Source: Acidobacteriota bacterium (lineage in GTDB: Bacteria > Acidobacteriota > UBA6911 > RPQK01 > JADFOI01). Taken from it: a stretch of DNA of 64,000 nucleotides. The position numbers were made by a program, and so were the translations under genes. This document shows positions 40,537 through 50,145 of this stretch, one piece after another (position 1 is the stretch's first letter; every line of letters starts with the position of its first letter). The stretch is from contig OY760074.1 of NCBI GenBank assembly GCA_963663035.1, positions 3,040,001-3,104,000 on the forward strand, given 5' to 3'. Below the pieces are notes generated by a model. That model saw only the letters and a list, made by a program, of their open reading frames with translations, did no database searches and was not told the origin of the DNA.

Positions 40537-43137
40537 ATGCGCACCCTTCTCGATCTGCTTCCCGCCATGCAGCGTCTGGGCGACCGAGAGGCAGTCCGCT
40601 TTTCAAATGGTTTTCGCACCTGGAAACTCTCCTACCGACAACTTCATGCTCGAATTGGGGCCTTTGCTTGCTATCTTGAGCAGGAGGGGTTTCACCAGGG
40701 TGACCGGGTCCTGCTTTGGGGTGACAACAGGATCGAGTGGGTCGCTGTCTTCTGGGGGTGCCTGGTGCGAGGAGTCCAGGTTGTCCCGGTTGATGCCCGA
40801 TCCTCCCAGAAGCTGGTAAAGCGGATCCAACAAGAGGTCAACGCCCAGCTACTCGTGCACGACGACTCAGTCGAGTCGGACGAAATCCAGCTCAGGAAGA
40901 TTTCTTTCCGCGATACTGAAGGCCTTCCCTCCGGCAGCCCTTTTCAAGTCCAAGAAGCTTCCCCCTCTGACATTGTGGAGATCGTATACACCTCCGGAAC
41001 GACAGCAGAGCCAAAAGGGGTCGTCCACCGTCACAGGAATATCTGCGCCAATCTGAGACCTTTTCAAACAGAGATCGAACGTTATCAAAGGTGGGCCCGG
41101 CCTTTTCAGCCGCTCCGGATTCTCGACCTGCTTCCCCTCAGTCATATGTATGGCCAGTCATTGGGAATGTTTATTCCTCTCCTCTTGGGAGGAGCAGCCG
41201 TTTTCATGGTGGAGCTGAACCCGGGAGCGATCATGGATACCATCCGATGCCACAAAGTGTCTGTGCTGGTGGCGGTCCCCCGCTTGGTGAAGAACCTGCG
41301 AAACCATCTTGAACGGGGCTATGAGCTGCCCGAAGGGATCACCTCTGGCACGGGGTTCATCAGCCTGTCGCAGCGGTGGTGGCGGTATCGCCACGTGCAT
41401 GCTGCCTTTGGCTGGAAGTTCTGGTCCATTATCGTGGGCGGTGCTCAGCTGGATCCCCGATCAGAAGCTTTCTGGCATGAACTGGGGTTTTTAGTCCTTC
41501 AGGGATATGGGTTGACCGAAACCAGTCCGGTGGTGACGGTCAACCATCCTTTCGATTCCCGCCGTGGCTCCATCGGCAAGGCACTGAAAGGGCAAGAGGT
41601 CAGAATTGCCCCCGACGGGGAAATCCTGGTGCGGGGAGAGAGTGTGGTCAGCGAGTATCTGGGAAGTGAAGGCGAAAGCAGGACCAGTAAAGACGGATGG
41701 CTGCATACCGGCGACCTGGGGGAAATGGACCAGGAAGGCCGTCTTTACTTCAAGGGCCGCAAGAAAGACCTCATCGTTACCTCCGAGGGTCTCAATGTCT
41801 ACCCACAGGACGTGGAAGCAGCCCTCAATAGGCTCCCCGAAATCCTGGAGAGCACCGTGATCGGACTTTCCAAAGAAGGGGAAGAAACGGTTCATGCTGT
41901 GCTTATCCTGGAGGATGCCTCTCTCGATGCAGAACGGCTCATCCAGCAAGCCAATCGTGAGCTGGAGCCCCACCAGCGCATCCGTGGTTGGTCCATCTGG
42001 CCGGAAGAGGAATTCCCGCGTACCAGTTCCACCCTGAAAATCAAACGCAGCCAAGTTCAGCAGGTTTGCGCCGCACAACAGGGGGACTCAGCAGTCCTTC
42101 TGAAAGGTGGAATAGGAGGCGTTGAAAGCATCCTTTTCCAGATGACGGGCAAAGACGCTTCCCAACTGGAGGACAACCGGCGTCTCGATGAGGATCTGGG
42201 GTTGTCCTCGCTCGAGCAGGTCGATCTGCTCTCCCAGCTGGAAAATCAATTGGGAATCAATCTGGATGAGGAGCAGTTTACACGCCTCTTGACCCTTGGA
42301 GAGCTTAGAGCATGGCTCAAGGAGAAACGCCAAGAAGTGAAGGGACCATCGCTCCCTCGGGAGCGGTCCGCCACTTCTCTTGAGAGAGGCCCTTCCTGGG
42401 ATGGAGGTTCCAGCGGAAAGCAACCAGAGGAAGTAACGCCAGCCCCACCTCGCTGGACTCAGTCTCTACTGGTTCGCTGGATTCGCCGAGCCGCTCTTTA
42501 CCTGCTCATTCTCCCCACCTTTCGCCGCTACATTAAGTTGCAGGTCAGCGGCCTGGAACATCTCACTCAGGTTGACCCGCCAGTGATCTTTGTCGCCAAT
42601 CACGTGAGCCACTTGGACACAGTGGCAATTCTGTCCGCTCTCCCTTCACCCTGGCGCTTGAGCTTGGCGCCAGCCATGGCGCAAGAGTTTTTCCGCTCTT
42701 ACTTTCACCCCTCCGGGCTTCCCTGGAGAGAAAGACTGACCTCCGCAGCTCAATATTTCCTGGCCTGCGGCTTGTTCAATGCCTACCCCCTCCCACAAGA
42801 GAGGCGGGGTGTCCGGCGGGCACTCAGATACACTGGCCAGCTCATCGACCGAGGGAACTGCCCCCTCCTTTACCCGGAGGGCAGGCGGTCTGCAAACGGG
42901 AATCTTCAACCCTTTAAAACAGGAATCGGATTCATGGCCATTCGGCTTCAGGTCCCAGTGATTCCGATCTACCTCAAGGGACTCTACCAGGTCTATTCTC
43001 TCCATCATGAGTGGCCCCAATCGGGAGAGGTTCAGGTGAAGATCGGTTCCCCTCTCTCCTTTCAGGGGGAAAAGGATTACGAAAAGGTGACTCGAGCCGT
43101 GGAAGAAGTGATGCACCAGCTGAAGGATGAAGTGTGA
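40537..43137 (+). CDS. AMP-dependent acyl ligase / acyl carrier / 1-acyl-glycerol-3-phosphate acyltransferase fusion
   Basis: YTSGTT..PKG, GYGLTE and TGDLG (A domain); LGLSSL (carrier Ser); NHVSHLD and YPEGRRS (PlsC). Confidence 0.88.
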   Translation: MRTLLDLLPAMQRLGDREAVRFSNGFRTWKLSYRQLHARIGAFACYLEQEGFHQGDRVLLWGDNRIEWVAVFWGCLVRGVQVVPVDARSSQKLVKRIQQEVNAQLLVHDDSVESDEIQLRKISFRDTEGLPSGSPFQVQEASPSDIVEIVYTSGTTAEPKGVVHRHRNICANLRPFQTEIERYQRWARPFQPLRILDLLPLSHMYGQSLGMFIPLLLGGAAVFMVELNPGAIMDTIRCHKVSVLVAVPRLVKNLRNHLERGYELPEGITSGTGFISLSQRWWRYRHVHAAFGWKFWSIIVGGAQLDPRSEAFWHELGFLVLQGYGLTETSPVVTVNHPFDSRRGSIGKALKGQEVRIAPDGEILVRGESVVSEYLGSEGESRTSKDGWLHTGDLGEMDQEGRLYFKGRKKDLIVTSEGLNVYPQDVEAALNRLPEILESTVIGLSKEGEETVHAVLILEDASLDAERLIQQANRELEPHQRIRGWSIWPEEEFPRTSSTLKIKRSQVQQVCAAQQGDSAVLLKGGIGGVESILFQMTGKDASQLEDNRRLDEDLGLSSLEQVDLLSQLENQLGINLDEEQFTRLLTLGELRAWLKEKRQEVKGPSLPRERSATSLERGPSWDGGSSGKQPEEVTPAPPRWTQSLLVRWIRRAALYLLILPTFRRYIKLQVSGLEHLTQVDPPVIFVANHVSHLDTVAILSALPSPWRLSLAPAMAQEFFRSYFHPSGLPWRERLTSAAQYFLACGLFNAYPLPQERRGVRRALRYTGQLIDRGNCPLLYPEGRRSANGNLQPFKTGIGFMAIRLQVPVIPIYLKGLYQVYSLHHEWPQSGEVQVKIGSPLSFQGEKDYEKVTRAVEEVMHQLKDEV

Positions 43138-43173
43138 GGTCATCACAAGGAACATGAAATTGTGGAATTGCTG

Positions 43174-43203
43174 TTGACACAAAGTAAAAGGCCAGTCTAA
43201 GAT
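43174..43203 (+). promoter_or_regulatory. Putative sigma70 promoter
   Basis: TTGACA-N18-TAAGAT, about 175 nt upstream of ATG 43379. Confidence 0.55.
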
Positions 43204-43378
43204 CCGCGTCAAGAAGCTTTCGTTTCCACGAGAGAATAGGCTGCCAGTTGACAACGCCGGCCACCATGAGGGAAAACGGAAAAACCCAGCCAATAGACTA
43301 TCCGGATCATGTCTCGGGAGTGGTACTCTGGGAGCACCACCCCACAAACAAATCCATCCGTTGATAAGGAGAACAAGT

Positions 43379-44950
43379 ATGTCCCAAAAAAAGAGGTCTC
43401 TGCCCAGACGCGAATTTGTCAAAAACTCCGCTGCCTCCCTTGTCGGGGCAAGCATGGCTCCGTCACTTCTAGCCGCGGGTAAGCAGGCAGCCAATATCCA
43501 GGAACTGGAACTTTGGGAGCCCGATCTGGCCGGTCAGTTTGATTATCCCCTGCCGCGATATCCCAAGAACCTTCCCAGTATTACCAACGTGAATCAGCTC
43601 CTTCCCATGGCTCGGCAACTGGCTTCCGAGCCTCCGCGTGCCGGACTGTCCCATTTGCCGGGTTACGGAATAGCTTCGGGAGAGAAGGCTTTACTCATCG
43701 CACCCAGCAACTATGATCGGCTCGTCGTAAACGCTATCTCCACTGCGTTGAAAGAAAGAGGAGTCAGGGTCGACGTAGCAATCATGGATGTTAGCGGAGG
43801 GCGCGGAGGCGGAATGAGAAGGGATGGTGAAACCGGGGACGGTGCGGCGGAAGGGGCTGGAACCCTCAACAGTCTTAAAAATCCCCGTCCTCGAACGGGA
43901 GGCAGGGCCTGGTTTATCGACCATGCAAGGCTCATGAACTACAACTTGGTGATTGAAGGAAGCGGCGGACCTCTGGTGTACACCACCGAGGGCGTCACTG
44001 ACTTTTTTCACCAGCACCTTCTGTGGCCCACTTCCCACAACTTCTTCGTGCGCACCGGAACACCTTCTGAGTTGAGGATGGCTATTGACCAGTTCACCAT
44101 GAGGCCGCTGCTGGAGGGTGGGGTGGCCAGGATCACGGATCCGGAAGGCACCGATTTGACCTTTACCATTTTCCCCGAACTGTGGAGCCTGGTCGAGGAG
44201 CGGGAGAGAAGACCCCGGGTCTTTCCCGGGCACCTGTGGGGGGTCCCTCAGATGGTGGTCGTACCCAAATCCGATGCCACAGGCATCGTGGCTGGATCCG
44301 CCAATCACTCAGGTTTTTATCCCACCATCAAGGTTCATCTGGAAAGGCAGCAGGTGGTCAAGATCGACGGCGGAGGCGGCTATGGGGATGTCTGGCGAGA
44401 AATCATAGACCGGGCAAAGGACATCCAATGGCCGGAATATCCGCGGAAGGGCTTTAGCTGGCTCATTGAGGCCGGTATGGGTTCAGACCCAGGAAATATT
44501 CCCAGTTGGTGTTGGAACAGTGGCGAAATTCGCAGCTCCGGAATCATCCATTTTGGTTTTGGAGTGGGCAGCCAGACGGAGAGATTCAGTCGCTTTATCG
44601 GGGAAACGGGACTGCCAGGAGGGCACAACCACATTCACATACGTTTTCCCACCTACGACATCACAAGCAACCGTGGGGAGACGACGAGAATCATAGACAA
44701 GGGTCGCCTGACAGCTTTTGACGATCCCGAGATCAGGCAGCTTGCCTCGAGGTGGGGAGATCCCGACAAGCTGCTTCGGCGCCTGTGGATTCCCGCTGTG
44801 CCGGGTATTAACTATCCGGGTGACTACCAACGGGATTTTGGTAACGATCCTCTGGTGTGGTTGAGAAAATGGAAAGGTCTTCTTGAGCAAGAGGTGGATC
44901 GCGTCCTTCTCTATGGTTACAGAATCCCCAACGACCCGATTACCGTTTAG
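43379..44950 (+). CDS. Tat-exported protein with M29 aminopeptidase / NicX-like metalloenzyme fold
   Basis: PRREFVK twin-arginine signal; ITDPEGTDLTF, EAGMG, IIHFGFG, HNHIH; AAGGAG RBS. Confidence 0.6.
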   Translation: MSQKKRSLPRREFVKNSAASLVGASMAPSLLAAGKQAANIQELELWEPDLAGQFDYPLPRYPKNLPSITNVNQLLPMARQLASEPPRAGLSHLPGYGIASGEKALLIAPSNYDRLVVNAISTALKERGVRVDVAIMDVSGGRGGGMRRDGETGDGAAEGAGTLNSLKNPRPRTGGRAWFIDHARLMNYNLVIEGSGGPLVYTTEGVTDFFHQHLLWPTSHNFFVRTGTPSELRMAIDQFTMRPLLEGGVARITDPEGTDLTFTIFPELWSLVEERERRPRVFPGHLWGVPQMVVVPKSDATGIVAGSANHSGFYPTIKVHLERQQVVKIDGGGGYGDVWREIIDRAKDIQWPEYPRKGFSWLIEAGMGSDPGNIPSWCWNSGEIRSSGIIHFGFGVGSQTERFSRFIGETGLPGGHNHIHIRFPTYDITSNRGETTRIIDKGRLTAFDDPEIRQLASRWGDPDKLLRRLWIPAVPGINYPGDYQRDFGNDPLVWLRKWKGLLEQEVDRVLLYGYRIPNDPITV

Positions 44951-44964
44951 GGATTTTACCTCAG

Positions 44965-45134
44965 CCCGCATTTCTCACACCAGGCCGTCGCGAAGCGGAG
45001 GAAGGGCCGGAAAACAGAGCCGTGGGCTTTAGCCCACGGGCCCGCAGGCTAAAGCCTGCGGGCCCGACTGGCGCGCAACGCAGTCAGGTCGGATCATTGC
45101 GCCGCTGTAGTAGAGGGGGTGTGAGAAGTGCGGG
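44965..45134. mobile_element. MITE/REPIN-like element copy E (end type 1)
   Basis: CCCGCATTTCTCACAC...GTGTGAGAAGTGCGGG between convergent genes; nearly identical to copy C but lacking the GGGTACCC block. Confidence 0.8.
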
Positions 45135-45141
45135 CAAGAGA

Positions 45142-46305
45142 TTAAATCATCCCTTTGCGCAAGTCCTTCAAAGGGTAGAAGGTGTTCCGCCAGACGATGC
45201 CGCCCCTCCAGAGTGTGACCACCATGGAGCGGAGAAGAACATAGCTCAAGATGACTCCACCCAGGGGGAAGGTGAGGCCGTAAAGGGGTGAAGCCTGGCT
45301 GAGCCGGACTCCATTGTTCATATGCGTCAATCCTGCTGCCACAAGGCAGGCAACCGAAAGGTAGCGCACGGCTCCGCTGGCAAAGAAAAGACCGCCTAAT
45401 GGCAGGACACTCATGGTGAGTGTCAGGATGATGATAAGACAAGCATAGCTGGCACTGAATCCACAGGCAGCGAACATATTCTTGGTCAGATTCCGCACGT
45501 GCTCTCCCAGGCCTTCCACCCAGCGGATGCTGAGCCGCTTCCCTCCCAGGGCAACACCCGACCGGAAGCCGCCCAGCTTAACGAGTTTGCCAAGTTTGAC
45601 GTCTTCCACGACCTCCATGGCCAACCGTCGGTGCGTTCCGATCGTTTCGTAGGTACTGCGCCGAATCAGCTGAAAAGCGCCCACACCCACGTAGTCCTTT
45701 GATCTCGGGTCACTGACCCGCCAGGGCTTGAGTCCAAGAGTAAAACTTCCCACCCAGTAGCTGATGGCTGTCTTCTCCCAGAAGCCCTCCAGTTGGCCCA
45801 ATGGGAGGAGAGTGAGGTGATCCCATCCCTGTGCCAACGTCAAGCTCAGGGAGCGCTGCAGCAGGTCAGCAGCAAAATGGACATCCGCATCGGTAAACAC
45901 CAGCCACTGCCCCGTCGAGTGCTCATAAGCTCTCGTCAGTGCGTGAGGTTTGCCTAACCAGCCGGCTGGAAGTTCCGCTAGATGAATGACCTTGAGGTTG
46001 TCGTGCCCCCGGGCGAACTTGTCCAGAATCCGCGGGGTGGCATCTTGGGAGCGGTCATTCACAATGATCACTTCGTAATTCGGATAATCCTGCGCCAATA
46101 GAGTCGTCAGTGCCGAAGGGAGTTTCCTGGCTTCATCTCGTGCTGCTACCAGGATCGAGATCCGGGGGTATTGGGTCTCAGCCAGTGGAGGAGCGTCTTC
46201 CAGCGCTGGAAGGCTGGCCATTCCTCTGACTGCTCGAGTACCGTGGAAAACCCACAAGAGGGCAATCAGAACAAATAACGCCGGCCAGAAGTAGTCCACA
46301 GGCAA
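45142..46305 (-). CDS. Membrane glycosyltransferase family 2 (HpnB/CrtQ-like)
   Basis: AARDE, NDRSQD, PAGWLGK, FTDADV, VVEDV; N- and C-terminal TM helices. Confidence 0.85.
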   Translation of the reverse strand: MPVDYFWPALFVLIALLWVFHGTRAVRGMASLPALEDAPPLAETQYPRISILVAARDEARKLPSALTTLLAQDYPNYEVIIVNDRSQDATPRILDKFARGHDNLKVIHLAELPAGWLGKPHALTRAYEHSTGQWLVFTDADVHFAADLLQRSLSLTLAQGWDHLTLLPLGQLEGFWEKTAISYWVGSFTLGLKPWRVSDPRSKDYVGVGAFQLIRRSTYETIGTHRRLAMEVVEDVKLGKLVKLGGFRSGVALGGKRLSIRWVEGLGEHVRNLTKNMFAACGFSASYACLIIILTLTMSVLPLGGLFFASGAVRYLSVACLVAAGLTHMNNGVRLSQASPLYGLTFPLGGVILSYVLLRSMVVTLWRGGIVWRNTFYPLKDLRKGMI

Positions 46306-46449
46306 TGCTCTCTCAGAGAATGAACTGGAGTACTGACTGCTGTCAAGGGAGCACCTTGCCTTAATCCGCCCAAAGCCTTAGCATCTAGACCACGCGAATT
46401 TAAGATCGTAGAAATGCACCATTTACTGACTAGGAAAGGGGTAAGATAG

Positions 46450-47061
46450 ATGTTCCTTCAGAAAAGCCTCCTGGGCTTTATTTTTCTTCTGCTTTGGTCT
46501 TCTTGGACCTCTGCTGTGCCTCCAGCTTCGCCAGCAACCGCTGAGAAGACCGTAATCGTTCTGGCCATGCACGGTGAACCGCCCAAGGACTTCCCAAGGG
46601 ATGAGTTTGCAAAGTTCTTTAGTTTACACGCCCGATTGAAATTTACTGAGATGGGCGGTGCGGAACTTGAGGAAAGTTATGCCCATCTGGATTACAAGAT
46701 GCGCAACTGGCCCCGCACTCCCGAAAATGACCCCTTCCACGCTTCATCACAGGAAATGGCGCGACAACTCAGCAAAGCCACGGGCTCGGAAGTCATTCTG
46801 GGCTTCAACGAGTTTTGTGGTCCCACTCTGGGCGAGGCCTTCGAGGAAGCCGTTGCGCGAAAACCTGAGGAGATTATCGTTATTACGCCCATGATGACTC
46901 CTGGCGGCGGGCACTCCGAACGGGATATCCCGGCCGCCATCAGGGAAGCACAGTCCCGTCACCCCGATGTTCCCATTCGCTACGCCTGGCCGTTTAGCCT
47001 CTCCAAGGTGGCGCAGTTTCTGGCTGAACACATCAACCAAGCGAGTGAGGAGTCCAATTAG
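46450..47061 (+). CDS. CbiX/SirB-family chelatase with N-terminal signal peptide
   Basis: IVLAMHG, GFNEFC.P, ITPMM.PGG.HSE.DIP, YAWP; hydrophobic leader ending near WTSA. Confidence 0.8.
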   Translation: MFLQKSLLGFIFLLLWSSWTSAVPPASPATAEKTVIVLAMHGEPPKDFPRDEFAKFFSLHARLKFTEMGGAELEESYAHLDYKMRNWPRTPENDPFHASSQEMARQLSKATGSEVILGFNEFCGPTLGEAFEEAVARKPEEIIVITPMMTPGGGHSERDIPAAIREAQSRHPDVPIRYAWPFSLSKVAQFLAEHINQASEESN

Positions 47062-48261
47062 TTGACCCTCGCCAAGGCTGGCCTGATGCCATTGTCCCGG
47101 CGAGCGGGGCTGATCTCGCTACTCCTCTTGCTCACACTGGTTTGGGCGGCATGTACTTTCTTGCCGACAACTTCCCAAGATAACCTGGTGCCGGAGCGCC
47201 GAGCCTGGACATCCATGGGCACGACCCTCGAAGCCACTGTCTACAGGCCTGCCACGGCCAGCACGTTGGCCCAGGCCGACCTGGAGGCTGTCTACCAAGC
47301 GGTCATCGAGATCGACCAACTCATGAGCCTGTACCGGCCTGAAAGTGAGCTCGTGGCACTCAATGGCCAAGCCGGGGCGGGCCCAATTGGGGTCAGCGCC
47401 CCCACCCTGGAAGTCCTCCAGGCCGCACAACACTACGCACGGCTCTCTAGCGGCGCTCTCGATATCACTGTCCAGCCACTGGTCGAGCTGTGGGGCTTCT
47501 ATCGAATGGAGCGGACCTCGATTCCACCGCTGGCAGAAATTCAGGAGGTACTTCGCCAGATTGGACCTGATCGAATGAACCTGGATGCTGCTGCGCGGAC
47601 CGTGGTACTGGCAGCCGGCAGCCGACTCGACCTGGGCAGCATCGCCAAGGGCTACGCCATAGACCGGGCTTTAGCCTCAATGCGCGCTCGTGGTGTCCCG
47701 GCTGCGCTCATCGACCTGGGTGGCAATATCGGTGTCCTCGGCCAACCACCCGATGGGAGACCCTGGACAGTGGGGCTCCGCCACCCCCGCCGCGATCAGC
47801 TGATAGGGATTCTTCGATTCAGAAGCGGAGCAGTAGCCACCTCGGGAGACTATGACCGCTACTTCGAAGTGGAAGGGCGGCGCTTCAGTCATCTTCTTGA
47901 CCCTCGAACCGGCTGGCCCGCCGAGGAAGTTTACTCAGTCACCGTCCTTGCCCCCAACGCCACTGCTGCCGATGCTCTCTCAACCGCAGCCTTCGTCCTG
48001 GGCCCCGAACCGGGAATGGCGCTGCTTTCCGACTGCCCAGGCGTGGAGGGAGTGCTGATACAGCCGTTGGCCGGCCAGCTACCAGAAAAGCAGGACTCAG
48101 CCGAGCTGGCGGTGAGCACGACAACCGGGCTCAGCCAGGAGGGAGCGGCTTCGTTTGTCCTCGAGCCTGGGACGGACGCCACCTTACGCTCTCCGGCTCA
48201 GGGAGCAAAGCCATTTGTGATCGGTGACTGTGTCCTACCGATTCATCAAGCCCGCCGCTAG
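47062..48261 (+). CDS. apbE: FAD:protein FMN transferase
   Basis: MGT, DLGSIAKGYAID, DLGGN, ATSGDY.RYF, H.LDPRTG, ADALST; lipobox-like WAAC. Confidence 0.93.
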   Translation: MTLAKAGLMPLSRRAGLISLLLLLTLVWAACTFLPTTSQDNLVPERRAWTSMGTTLEATVYRPATASTLAQADLEAVYQAVIEIDQLMSLYRPESELVALNGQAGAGPIGVSAPTLEVLQAAQHYARLSSGALDITVQPLVELWGFYRMERTSIPPLAEIQEVLRQIGPDRMNLDAAARTVVLAAGSRLDLGSIAKGYAIDRALASMRARGVPAALIDLGGNIGVLGQPPDGRPWTVGLRHPRRDQLIGILRFRSGAVATSGDYDRYFEVEGRRFSHLLDPRTGWPAEEVYSVTVLAPNATAADALSTAAFVLGPEPGMALLSDCPGVEGVLIQPLAGQLPEKQDSAELAVSTTTGLSQEGAASFVLEPGTDATLRSPAQGAKPFVIGDCVLPIHQARR

Positions 48262-48354
48262 CCAATGGATACTGCGCCCAGAAAAAATAGCGGTAGAAAG
48301 CATCAAACTTCCGAATGGCCTGATCGAATCGCGGATTTCCCAAGGGTTGAGACA

Positions 48355-49389
48355 CTAAGCTGACTGAGAGCTAATCTGAACCAACGGAGGGGTCTCACGC
48401 CTGGCCGCGGCTTTCTTCAGCACAAGCCAGTGGGGGCACTTCTCTTCATCCCGGTAAAGCCTCTCGCAGTCGTCACATCGAACACATTCGGTCACCAGGA
48501 TCTTGGGCCCTTCAATGGCTCCCCACTCACATGCCTTCTCGCAGACTTTACATGTCTTGCATTCACTCCATCTCTTGATCCGGAGAACAGTCAGGTTGGA
48601 AATTAATCCTAAGGCTGCTCCCAAAGGGCACAGATAGCGGCAATAGAAATTCCTGATGAAGACCGTGGTCAGCAGAAGAAGCCCCAGCATGATCCACATA
48701 ACCGTTGATCCACTGAGGGTGAACATCCAAAAGGGTTCGATGTACCGATAGATAAGATTGTCCCTGGTTATCAGAAAGTACGCTACGGCCGTCCCCAGGA
48801 GGAGGTACTTGACATAGATGGCGCGCCTTTCCAGCCGCACGGGAAGCTCGAACCTGAGTTTTTCCGGAAGGACCCGGTCAAGAAGCTGGGTGAGAGCACC
48901 AAAGGAGCAAATTCGGCCACAGTATAGCCTCCCCCACAGTACGGTGGATACAACCGTGAAGAGCATCAGGAGATACCAGGAAAGGTTGTATCGAAACAGG
49001 GGGAAGTTCCACTCCAAGAGTCCAAAGATATTGACGACGGACACGAGGCTGCTCTTTAAGAAACCAAGGTACACAATCGAGGCGATCATGGTCACATATT
49101 TGAGCACTGTGCTTTTCTTGAAGAAACTGAGCAGGGCCAGGGCAAGGAAAGCGGAAAGCACTAGCAGGTCAAGGAGCTGATCCCAGATCGCCGCAGCTAC
49201 TTCCTCGTCCTCACTATCCTCTTCCATCAGCGCATCCAGATCGGCAAGAGAAAGTTGTGGGGAATCCGACTGCTGGGAATCCTCTGCAGTCGCAGGTGTC
49301 TCTACCTGCGGGTGGGCTGCAAGCAGTCTCAGACAACAAAACAGAACCGCTGATCCCAGTACAAACGTTTTACCGTGCATGACCCCCAT
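48355..49389 (-). CDS. NosR/NirI C-terminal-like membrane 4Fe-4S protein
   Basis: GRLYCGRICSFG, FYCRYLCPLG, CKTCKVCEKAC, CVRCDDC; EPF motif. Confidence 0.85.
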   Translation of the reverse strand: MGVMHGKTFVLGSAVLFCCLRLLAAHPQVETPATAEDSQQSDSPQLSLADLDALMEEDSEDEEVAAAIWDQLLDLLVLSAFLALALLSFFKKSTVLKYVTMIASIVYLGFLKSSLVSVVNIFGLLEWNFPLFRYNLSWYLLMLFTVVSTVLWGRLYCGRICSFGALTQLLDRVLPEKLRFELPVRLERRAIYVKYLLLGTAVAYFLITRDNLIYRYIEPFWMFTLSGSTVMWIMLGLLLLTTVFIRNFYCRYLCPLGAALGLISNLTVLRIKRWSECKTCKVCEKACEWGAIEGPKILVTECVRCDDCERLYRDEEKCPHWLVLKKAAARRETPPLVQISSQSA

Positions 49390-49960
49390 CTTCTTTGACC
49401 AAGTACAGTCTGGCTATGCGGCGGGCAGTTTTTCTGATAACTCTTGACGCGCTGGCTACTGAGATGGTGGCCCGAGTGACAGCATCGATGTCTCTTCCAA
49501 CTCTGAAGGAATCGAGTATGCTCTTATTTCTGAATTGGGCAGCAAACTCGGGCTGATCTATTGAAAAATATCCGTATGGCTCATGGTTCTCGACCACTTT
49601 TATCTGTGTAATCATTCCTTTCGTGTTCATGGCAACGGCAATTTCTATGGGCCCGTCGTATCCCCGCTCTCGGGGGTCAAGATCGGTGGTGAAAAAAGCA
49701 AAACCAACCAGCGTCCTCTGGTTGGTCTGCGGGTCAATTTTGTAAGCCTGATAGTGAGGCACATCACCACCCTTTGATGAGACAGCATCCGCTTCCGGGA
49801 AGATCTCCCTGATATGGCGTTGCTCCTCCCCTGTGACTATCTCGATAAACTCGCGAAAGAGACCGCTAGAAACCACTGCAGCCGACTGAATCTGCGCGGG
49901 AAAAATAAACAGACCAAGGAGGAGAATAAGGATCACAGTTGCTTTCCGTTCTGGAGCCAT
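49370..49960 (-). CDS. Exported FMN-binding domain protein
   Basis: Signal peptide, GYDGPI, HEP, DAVTRATIS flavinylation-type motif. Confidence 0.85.
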   Translation of the reverse strand: MAPERKATVILILLLGLFIFPAQIQSAAVVSSGLFREFIEIVTGEEQRHIREIFPEADAVSSKGGDVPHYQAYKIDPQTNQRTLVGFAFFTTDLDPRERGYDGPIEIAVAMNTKGMITQIKVVENHEPYGYFSIDQPEFAAQFRNKSILDSFRVGRDIDAVTRATISVASASRVIRKTARRIARLYLVKEDGGHAR

Positions 49961-50145
49961 GATGTACTCCTCCAGCGATTATACATCGTAGAAAAAAAAT
50001 TTCCAGAGAATCGGCAGCATCCCCGGGCAGAACAGCCGCCTCTTCAAAACCTTGACAGGTCCAGTGTCCAGGCCTTACTTTACTGCTGTCTTAACGTAAT
50101 AGTCATCGGCCAGTCAGCTTCTCTCTCCAGCAGGATGACACCTTA

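Noticed and set aside
47059-47064. Stop-codon readthrough fusing CbiX and ApbE (in-frame TAG-TTG)
   Set aside because: ApbE has its own GAGGAG RBS and signal peptide; the same abutting pattern occurs at gpmI/GT2 and sufB/sufC.
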